Shown here piece after piece: positions 57,158 through 64,000 of a stretch of 64,000 nucleotides of DNA; the first letter of the stretch is position 1; each line of letters starts with the position of its first letter. Position numbers and translations under genes: made by a program. This DNA is from Methanobacteriota archaeon (GTDB taxonomy: Archaea; Thermoplasmatota; Poseidoniia; Poseidoniales; Thalassarchaeaceae), in contig PBHZ01000002.1 of assembly GCA_002719615.1 (NCBI GenBank), forward strand, positions 49,007 to 113,006. The letters are read 5' to 3'. The notes below the pieces were generated by a model. It did not search any database and was not told the origin of the DNA. It worked only from the letters and a program-made list of their open reading frames with translations.

Positions 57158-57925
57158 TCATTCATTTCCTTCACGGAAGACACTTATTCTTTTCATCTTC
57201 ATTTGTAAATTAGATTCAATTATGCTTACTATCTCTTTTATAAATTCAGCCTTCAAGCAAGATACTTGACCTTCTTGGGTGTCAATTATCATAGAGGCTA
57301 ATGCCCAAACAGATTCTTCTACAGGATCGGAGAATATTTCTTTCATGTCTTCAATATGTATCTTAATTTCTTCACTAATGCCTGTTAAATCAATTATTTG
57401 TTTGATGTAGTGTTCCCAAAGTGTAAGTAGATTGTCCCATTTTATCATGTCTACTTCACCCCTTAAAGGAGGTAATATTTCAATTAAAGCTCGTGAATAT
57501 AATTTGCCATTAGGTTCTTCGTCCAAATATCTTTCTTCTAATTCATTTACAGACGGGAATATGCTGCCAAAATCCTCTGGAGGTAATGACGGCTCTATTA
57601 ATGAAATAATTCTAAATCTTTCTCTACCAATGGCGTCATACATTAAATTTGTACCCTGTTCCTCCATTTTTTCAACTTTCACCAATGTACCTATATCAAA
57701 AGGAATAGACCAACTATTCAACATTGTCATCGCAGGATTGGACATTACGTGCCCATAAAATAAATCATCTATTACAACATCATCTAACATTTGTTTATAT
57801 CTAGGTTCAAAAACGCGCATAAGCATTTTCTCTCCAGGCATCAATAATGAATTGAGAGTGAACAGAGGTATTAGTTTTTGATTATCTTGTAAGTCAGTAA
57901 CTTCTTCAAACCTACATATATCCAT
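57158..57925 (-). CDS. Stand-alone LON N-terminal (substrate-binding, PUA-like fold) domain protein
   Basis: IPLFTLNSLLMPGEKMLMRVFEPRYKQMLDD matches the lPlFpl..v.fPg..l.l.iFEpRY..m signature of the LON N-domain. No AAA+ or protease module is present. Confidence 0.8.
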   Translation of the reverse strand: MDICRFEEVTDLQDNQKLIPLFTLNSLLMPGEKMLMRVFEPRYKQMLDDVVIDDLFYGHVMSNPAMTMLNSWSIPFDIGTLVKVEKMEEQGTNLMYDAIGRERFRIISLIEPSLPPEDFGSIFPSVNELEERYLDEEPNGKLYSRALIEILPPLRGEVDMIKWDNLLTLWEHYIKQIIDLTGISEEIKIHIEDMKEIFSDPVEESVWALASMIIDTQEGQVSCLKAEFIKEIVSIIESNLQMKMKRISVFREGNE

Positions 57926-58045
57926 GCAATCACTCCTACCTTTAATGATATGAATAGTTGTCTATATTATTTAACAAATTTATAATCGATGTAACAAGAA
58001 AGTAACTCGGGAATATTTTTTCAACTATGATACAGGGCAAGCGTC

Positions 58046-60844
58046 GTGGTTGTTAATACCAAACCGAATTTTGGTAAAATTAGGTTCAAAGGGGAACTTA
58101 GGCCATCCCAAGTGGATTCTTCTAGTATTATCAGCAAGCAATTAAATAAAGATGAAAAAAATCTACTCATAGTTGCACCTCCTGGATCTGGTAAAACAGT
58201 ACTAGGATTATATGTATGGTCCGATTTAGTTAGATTACCGGCATTGATTTTAAGTCCCAACTCAGCAATCCAAGCCCAATGGATAGCTAGGGCAAGAGAA
58301 CTATTCGATTTAGATGGGAAGGATCAGAAAATAGGTACGTCTTCAAGAAAAGATAGTTTACTTACTTCTTTAACATACCAATCCCTCACTATTCCAAAAA
58401 AGAATGATGATAATTTAGATGATGCTGCCATGGCAATTTGGATTGAAAAACTTATTTCTGATGGCGAGGCCTCAAATCATGAAATAGCCAAAGAATGGAT
58501 ATATGATCTTGAAGAACATAACTTGCAATATTACAAAGAAAGATTAGGTATTTATCGAAAGAGAGTAAGGGATGATTATGCAACAAAGGGAAATGCATTA
58601 TGGTTATTGCATGATTCATCAAAAGAGAAATTAGAGATACTAAGAGAATCAGGCATTGGATTGATAATTCTAGATGAATGCCATCACTTATTGGGTCATT
58701 GGGGAAGAATTTTATCCGATATCCGTGAATATTTTGGAAATCCTATTGTCTTAGGTTTGACTGCTACGCCTCCAAATTTTGACGGGATTAATCTAGTAGA
58801 TTTAGAACGTTATCAAGAGTTTTTTGGAGAAATTGATTATGAAGTACCGGTCCCTGCTCTTGTCAAAAATAACAATCTTTCTCCTTACCAAGATTTAGTA
58901 TATTTCGTTAGACCTACGACTGATGAATTGGAGTATATTGCTAATGTTGATAAAGATTTTAATAATTTGATGGAGGAAATTAGTAGAAAACCAAATTTTG
59001 ATTCTGAAAACAGATGTCAAGGATTAGATGACTGGTTATTTGATATCCTTTCCACTCTTGATTTACCAGGGGGTGCTGCAAAGAATTGGAATTCTTTTGT
59101 CAAAAGAGATAAATCTTTAGCGAATCTCTCAAGATTGTATTTATTTCAAAAAGGATTGAGTTTACCTAGTACAATACCTCCTTTGGAGAGAAACATAATT
59201 GATGCCAATCTAACTAAACATGCCATCTTATTACCTTTACTTGACAGATATATAAGAAATGGACTAATACGCTCAAAAAGTAAACAAGATCATGATTTGG
59301 CTAATGATGCAAAGAAAAAATTACGAATGCTGGGGACTCAAATAACTGAAACCGGCATGCAATCTTGTGCATCTCCAATAGGAAGAGTGATGGCATACGC
59401 TTCTGCAAAATATTCTGCATTGATTAATATCCTCTCATCTGAAATGGATGTACTTGGTGACGATATTCGGGCAGTTATTGTTACTGATTTTGAAAAAACT
59501 TCTGCTACAAAATTAATACATAATGTTCTTGACAAGGAAGCAGGAGGGGCTATAGCCGCGTTCAGGGCATTGTTAAAAGATAAATACACAGATAAATTGG
59601 ATCCGATACTTATGACTGGTTCAACTGTTTTAGTTGACGATGATCTTTCAGAAAAAATTATGCCTAAATTTAAAAATTGGGTCAAAAATAGGAGTTTAGA
59701 AATTAGTTTTGTTAAGACAAAGAAAGAAGGATATTATGAAATAAGTGGGCGAGGTTCCCAGTGGACTCCTAGGTATTATACTGAGATGATCACTGATTTA
59801 TTCCAAGAAGGAGTCACTAAATGTTTGGTAGGCACTAGAGGACTTTTGGGGGAGGGTTGGGATGCTAGTAAAATCAATGTTCTGATTGATTTGACTACCG
59901 TAACTACAAGCATGAGTATTAATCAATTAAGAGGTCGTTCCTTCAGATTAGATAAGGATAATCCAGAAAAGGTAGCAAATAACTGGGATATTGTATGTTT
60001 AGCTGAAGAATTTAGTAAGGGATTTGATGATTATTTTCGTTTCAAGAAAAAGCATTCAAAATTATATGGTGTTTGTGATGATGGGGCTATTGAGAAAGGC
60101 GTAGGCCATGTTCATGCATCATTTACCGAAGCAAGGCCAGAAGGAATCTCGGAAATAATGAGTATTTTTAATGAAGAAATGATACAAAGATCAAGAGATA
60201 GAGAAAAAATAAGACAATTATGGGCTATTGGTCAACCTTTCAATTCACAAGCCAAAAAAGCATTTGAATTAAAAATGAAAAATGATTTTGGTCAGGGATT
60301 CCCTCCATCTTTGAAAATAGGAAGGGCCGAATGGACAGAGGAAAATCTCATAATTTCAATAGCAGAATCTGTAGTACGTTCTTTCAAGGAAATTGGTTTA
60401 ATTCGTTACAATGCTACAGTTTCAGCAGGAGAAAGAGGAGGCGGTTGGATACGTACCTTTTTGGAATATTCCAACGATTTAGAGTCGCAACTTTTTACAG
60501 AAGCAATGGAAGAAATACTTTCTCCACTAGATAACCCTAGATATATAATACCCAGAGAAATCAAAGTCATTTCTGATACTTGGATTAGTAAAATGCTACC
60601 TGATGTAGTTGGAAAGTACTTTCAAAAATCAATCAACAAGATTGCTATGTACCATTCTATACCCAAAAAAATCTGTCAAAATAAGGAAGATGCTTTAATA
60701 TTCCAGAAAAATTGGAATTGGTTCGTAAGTCCAGGTGAGATAACATATGTTCACAATAAAACAGGTATGGAGAAAGTTCATCACGCAAATAGAAATAATT
60801 TATATCCGCAAGGTTTTCTTCATACTAAAGATGTATTTATCTGA
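58046..60844 (+). CDS. Large SF2 helicase (ResIII/DEAD-DEAH-like, DECH box) with an uncharacterised C-terminal region of about 280 aa
   Basis: LRPSQ, Walker A VAPPGSGKT, motif II LIILDECHHL, motif III GLTATPP, motif V/VI LLGEGWDA ... NQLRGRSFR. GTG start. Confidence 0.85.
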   Translation: MVVNTKPNFGKIRFKGELRPSQVDSSSIISKQLNKDEKNLLIVAPPGSGKTVLGLYVWSDLVRLPALILSPNSAIQAQWIARARELFDLDGKDQKIGTSSRKDSLLTSLTYQSLTIPKKNDDNLDDAAMAIWIEKLISDGEASNHEIAKEWIYDLEEHNLQYYKERLGIYRKRVRDDYATKGNALWLLHDSSKEKLEILRESGIGLIILDECHHLLGHWGRILSDIREYFGNPIVLGLTATPPNFDGINLVDLERYQEFFGEIDYEVPVPALVKNNNLSPYQDLVYFVRPTTDELEYIANVDKDFNNLMEEISRKPNFDSENRCQGLDDWLFDILSTLDLPGGAAKNWNSFVKRDKSLANLSRLYLFQKGLSLPSTIPPLERNIIDANLTKHAILLPLLDRYIRNGLIRSKSKQDHDLANDAKKKLRMLGTQITETGMQSCASPIGRVMAYASAKYSALINILSSEMDVLGDDIRAVIVTDFEKTSATKLIHNVLDKEAGGAIAAFRALLKDKYTDKLDPILMTGSTVLVDDDLSEKIMPKFKNWVKNRSLEISFVKTKKEGYYEISGRGSQWTPRYYTEMITDLFQEGVTKCLVGTRGLLGEGWDASKINVLIDLTTVTTSMSINQLRGRSFRLDKDNPEKVANNWDIVCLAEEFSKGFDDYFRFKKKHSKLYGVCDDGAIEKGVGHVHASFTEARPEGISEIMSIFNEEMIQRSRDREKIRQLWAIGQPFNSQAKKAFELKMKNDFGQGFPPSLKIGRAEWTEENLIISIAESVVRSFKEIGLIRYNATVSAGERGGGWIRTFLEYSNDLESQLFTEAMEEILSPLDNPRYIIPREIKVISDTWISKMLPDVVGKYFQKSINKIAMYHSIPKKICQNKEDALIFQKNWNWFVSPGEITYVHNKTGMEKVHHANRNNLYPQGFLHTKDVFI

Positions 60845-60883
60845 CAATTTACTTTATAATCAAGATATTTTTTTGATATATTT

Positions 60884-60961
60884 TGGTGCTCGTGCCGGGA
60901 TTTGAACCCGGGTCGTCGCCTCGAGAGGGCGACATGATGGGCCGAACTACACCACACGAGC
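60884..60961 (-). tRNA. tRNA-Glu (anticodon CUC), CCA encoded
   Basis: Reverse complement reads GCUCGUG-UG-GUGUAGUUCGGCCCAUCAU-G-UCGCC-CUCUCGA-GGCGA-CGA-CCGGG-UUCAAAU-CCCGG-CACGAGC-A-CCA. Confidence 0.9.
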
Positions 60962-61002
60962 GATAAGTTGGCGTGAATGACTAATGTTTATGAAAACAAT
61001 GT

Positions 61003-61371
61003 ATGAATCTCTTTACATCAATCTTCACTTTCACTTTCACTATACTCTCTTTTGCCTTTCTTAATATGCTAACTGCCCTTCATGAGTTTATGAAGCAGAA
61101 TATGTATAATACTAATGAGATAACCTATAGGAAACGAGCAGAGCCTTGTAGAATAGTATCTTTTGATTTATTAATACAAACAAATGATACTACTGAGTCA
61201 GTAAATAGTCAAAACAATGGTCTTTTGGTAAATGATAGCGGAATATTATCCTCTGATAATACATGGCAACCATTACGTAATACTATATTACCTGTAGCAA
61301 TTAATAAATCCAGTTGGAATGGTCTTGTAAAAAGATTTAATGAAAGTAAAGAAAGTCCTGTGAGGGCATAA
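61003..61371 (+). CDS. Hypothetical protein (122 aa) with an N-terminal hydrophobic segment
   Basis: ORF whose stop (61369-61371) lies 1 nt before the ATG of the next ORF, which suggests coupling. No motif. Confidence 0.4.
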   Translation: MNLFTSIFTFTFTILSFAFLNMLTALHEFMKQNMYNTNEITYRKRAEPCRIVSFDLLIQTNDTTESVNSQNNGLLVNDSGILSSDNTWQPLRNTILPVAINKSSWNGLVKRFNESKESPVRA

Positions 61372-61372
61372 A

Positions 61373-61630
61373 ATGTCTGGAACTAGAAGATTAAGAGAAG
61401 CTGTTAGAGTATTTCTTGAAAAACAAGGTTCGGCCAATACTGTTGAAATATTTGATCATCTAAACAATCGTTTTCGATGGGGTGCAACAATGAATCAAGT
61501 TGGTAATATTCTAGCAAAAGATATCAGATTTGACAAAATTGGACATACTAGAGGTGAATTCCGAGGTAGTGTTTACACAGTATGTGTTTGGGCAATAAAT
61601 AACGATGCTTCAGTAGTAATGAGCCAATAA
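61373..61630 (+). CDS. Small winged-helix protein (85 aa), HARE-HTH-like
   Basis: LREAVRVFLEKQGSANTVEIFDHL......QVGNILAKDIRFDKIGHTRG..Y has the spacing I associate with HARE-HTH domains (..vL...g.p....ei.........v...L..d.rF..vg.g.y). Confidence 0.45.
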   Translation: MSGTRRLREAVRVFLEKQGSANTVEIFDHLNNRFRWGATMNQVGNILAKDIRFDKIGHTRGEFRGSVYTVCVWAINNDASVVMSQ

Positions 61631-61665
61631 AGTCAAGTTTACATAACATCTCCACAGTATTAAAT

Positions 61666-62562
61666 ATGGGCAACAAATACAAATCATGGCTAACTCTTTT
61701 CCGTGCAGGAAATGGTTTTGGAGGCGTTATCGCGGTATTCCTCGGAGCTATAATGGCGCTAGAAAACATCCCTCATGACTATCTACTTCACATTATTATT
61801 TTACAAGCCTTATCTGTGTTTTCATTTATGGCATCATGGAATGCATTAAATGATTATTTTGATTTTGAAATAGATAAAATCGGTAAGCCAAATAGGCCAC
61901 TACCCTCAGGGGAAATATCCCTAAAAGATGCAAAAATAGCAATTACATTTCTAATGATTATTTCTTTAATTTCTATGATTGGAGCCGGTTTCTTAGCCCA
62001 TAACTCTGATAATGGTTTCAAATCCTGGTCACCATCTATATTTATTTGGCTTATAGCATTATTACTTTTAATTAACTATGAGTCTGAATCAAATTATAGT
62101 TTAAATCTAAAAAATCGTGGTCTCCCAGGAAATATTGCAATTAGCGCTTCAGTCGCTATGGTCGTTTTATTCGGTTCCGCAGGAGTTTATCAATCGACAA
62201 ATAGTAAAGTTATTTCAATTGCAATAATCGGATTTCTTTTCAATTTAGCAAGAGAAATAATAAAAGATGTTGAAGATATGGATTCTGACGAAGGACGAAA
62301 TACCTTAGCAATGAAAATTGGCCCTGAAAAAACTAGAATTATAGCATATCTAATATCATTATCAACCTTAGTTTCAATATTTGTCCCTTTTGCTTTAGAT
62401 TTATTCGAACAGCAATATCTTATATTGGTATTACCCAGTATTCTGTCGTTATTGATGGTAAAAACTAAACTTTCTCTCGCTCAAGATTATGCAGCACAAC
62501 AATTACTCAAAAAATCATTATACTTATGTCTGGGAGCATTTACAATTATTTCATTAATTTAA
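61666..62562 (+). CDS. UbiA-family prenyltransferase, most likely digeranylgeranylglyceryl phosphate (DGGGP) synthase
   Basis: First Asp-rich motif NALNDYFDFEIDKIGKPNRPLPSG and second KDVEDMDSDEG. About 8 TM helices and 298 aa. The archaeal context (carS in the same window) favours DGGGPS. Confidence 0.75.
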   Translation: MGNKYKSWLTLFRAGNGFGGVIAVFLGAIMALENIPHDYLLHIIILQALSVFSFMASWNALNDYFDFEIDKIGKPNRPLPSGEISLKDAKIAITFLMIISLISMIGAGFLAHNSDNGFKSWSPSIFIWLIALLLLINYESESNYSLNLKNRGLPGNIAISASVAMVVLFGSAGVYQSTNSKVISIAIIGFLFNLAREIIKDVEDMDSDEGRNTLAMKIGPEKTRIIAYLISLSTLVSIFVPFALDLFEQQYLILVLPSILSLLMVKTKLSLAQDYAAQQLLKKSLYLCLGAFTIISLI

Positions 62563-63518
62563 AATAATTCTCTAAAGGTATGCCATGCATTTTCATTACA
62601 CATATATGTAAGAAGGGACATTTGAGCCCACATTCTATTTTCTGCTTGATCGAATACAACACTATTCTTAGAATCAATTACCCCATCTGTGACTTCTTCC
62701 CCTCTATGTGCAGGTAAGCAATGCATGAATAAATAATCAGAATCCGCACCAGAAACCAAATCTTCGTTCACTTGAAATCCATCGAAAGCATTCTTTTTAT
62801 CTTTCATATGTTCTTCACCCATTGAAACAAAAATATCTGTGTATATCACGCCAGCATTTTGAACCACTTTTTCAGGATCATTCGACGAAATAATTCTTGC
62901 ACCAGTTTTTTCAGCAATATCACTCGCTCTTTTGATGATTAATTCATCTGGTTCATAACCTACAGGTGTTGCATAACTGAAATCATGTCCCATCGATACA
63001 CTAGCTAGTAAAAGGTCATGTAAGACATTATTACCATCACCTATCCAAGTTATATGGCCATTTATCTTTTCTTTATTTTCAGTAATTGTCATCAAATCCG
63101 CAGCAGCTTGACAGGGATGATGTAAATCTGAAAGAGCATTTATTACTGGGATCGTGGAATGCTTTGCCAATTCTTCTACGTCTGAATGTTTAAAGCATCT
63201 GTATGTCATTCCATCCAAAAAACGTGACAAAACTGCAGCGGTATCAGCTATTGATTCACTTTTTCCTAATTGTATATCATTAGAAAGCAGTGTCAACGGC
63301 TGCCCCCCTAATTTACTTACTCCAACTTCGAAAGATACTCTAGTTCTTGTAGATGGTTTTTCGTAAATTGACCCAATTGACATTCCTTCTAGTGGTCTAA
63401 AATCCTCTACTAGGCCTTCTCCATTTTTAATTTTAATAGCCCAATCAATTATGTCCGGAATTTCTTCGTAAAAATCGTCAATTGCTAATAAATCCTTTTT
63501 TTCTTCATAATCGTTCAT
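62559..63518 (-). CDS. argF: Ornithine carbamoyltransferase
   Basis: STRTRVSFE, HPCQAAADL, GDGNNVLHDL and FMHCLPAHRGEEV (the HCLP motif and DxNNV are typical of OTCase rather than ATCase). The ORF is open to 63566. The start at ATG 63518 is chosen to limit overlap with the upstream gene and is uncertain. Confidence 0.88.
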   Translation of the reverse strand: MNDYEEKKDLLAIDDFYEEIPDIIDWAIKIKNGEGLVEDFRPLEGMSIGSIYEKPSTRTRVSFEVGVSKLGGQPLTLLSNDIQLGKSESIADTAAVLSRFLDGMTYRCFKHSDVEELAKHSTIPVINALSDLHHPCQAAADLMTITENKEKINGHITWIGDGNNVLHDLLLASVSMGHDFSYATPVGYEPDELIIKRASDIAEKTGARIISSNDPEKVVQNAGVIYTDIFVSMGEEHMKDKKNAFDGFQVNEDLVSGADSDYLFMHCLPAHRGEEVTDGVIDSKNSVVFDQAENRMWAQMSLLTYMCNENAWHTFRELF

Positions 63519-64000
63519 CTTCAATATCTCCTGCATATCCATCTCTTGTATCGCCCATTCCTCCAAACATTGTTTGAGCGAAGGTCAATACATCTGCTAA
63601 TCCGTCTTCAACTTCACTAGACAAGGGAATCAATCCTGGTTGAATTGCGGCATTTTGCATCATTCTCAATTGTCCAATGGCGAATTCTGCTCTCTGACTG
63701 CCAGAGCGAGCATCATTAGCCTGATTCTCTGATTCTTCATACAAAGCCACCTCTAATATATCCAAATTATCTCCCCATTCCATTATTTTTTCCAACTCTT
63801 CAGGTTCCAACAGATCAGTTTTAGATAAGAAATTTGCAGTTGGCAGTCCTAATCTGAAATGAACTATAGAAGATAGTAACATTTGGGAAACAAAACCACT
63901 TGGCGTTCTTGATAACATGGGGTCAAACAGGAAAACAAGACATGCTCTTCCCTGCCCTAAAACATCAACAAGATGACTTGATGCTTCTCTGAAGGCAAAT
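63505..64000 (-). CDS. GPN-loop GTPase-like protein, C-terminal part (N-terminus lies beyond the window edge)
   Basis: The frame stays open upstream of the annotated Met to the window edge (..FAFREASSHLVDVLGQGRACLVFLFDPMLSRTP..). FVSQMLLSSIVHFRLGLPTANFLSKTDLL matches the ...rl.lP.i.vlnK.DLl segment of GPN/ATP_bind_1 GTPases. The GPN motif itself is not in the window. Confidence 0.6.
   Translation of the reverse strand, partial: FAFREASSHLVDVLGQGRACLVFLFDPMLSRTPSGFVSQMLLSSIVHFRLGLPTANFLSKTDLLEPEELEKIMEWGDNLDILEVALYEESENQANDARSGSQRAEFAIGQLRMMQNAAIQPGLIPLSSEVEDGLADVLTFAQTMFGGMGDTRDGYAGDIEDERL

Noticed and set aside
60884-61630. Integrated mobile element at tRNA-Glu
   Set aside because: There is no integrase or recombinase, no duplicated tRNA fragment or direct repeat within the window, and no compositional break that I can see. 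Only the small cassette is flagged as possibly accessory.

Overview
This window is a low-GC, very tightly packed archaeal chromosome segment. Archaeal hallmarks are an STT3/AglB oligosaccharyltransferase, CDP-archaeol synthase, a DGGGP-synthase-type UbiA prenyltransferase, an ArcS-like archaeosine enzyme, archaeal-type ribosomal protein S15, an XPD helicase and a GPN-loop GTPase. Several housekeeping genes look bacterial in type (GdhA, GuaC, DnaJ, an MBL-fold hydrolase). Composition and gene content fit a planktonic Thermoplasmatota / Marine-Group-II-like archaeon, but that is inference only. By ORF coordinates, about 57% of the window (36,669 of 64,000 nt) encodes eight secreted or membrane-anchored proteins. 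Four are giants of 2985, 3226, 1445 and 1902 aa, built from thrombospondin-type-3-like Ca-binding repeats, beta-sandwich repeats, a parallel beta-helix and a propeller. The most unusual features are listed here. (1) An AglB/STT3 catalytic core is embedded in a 3226-aa protein that has an extra N-terminal membrane block, about 2000 aa of adhesin-like repeats and a second C-terminal anchor. (2) It heads a co-directional cluster: aglB-giant, membrane S8 protease, beta-helix giant, wHTH-STAND-TPR ATPase, (MBL hydrolase on the opposite strand), and a TSP3/propeller giant. (3) An identical 14-nt element lies upstream of the two TSP3-repeat giants. (4) A 2980-aa protein combines TSP3 repeats, a transglutaminase-like core with an apparently non-canonical triad, and a DUF4129-like tail. 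(5) A GC-rich structured segment next to an RHH gene could be an ncRNA or a small basic protein gene. (6) All seven convergent gene junctions have 25 nt or less of spacer, and five have 0 nt or overlapping stop codons. Two tRNA genes are present, Leu-UAA and Glu-CUC. I saw no CRISPR array, transposase, integrase or rRNA.
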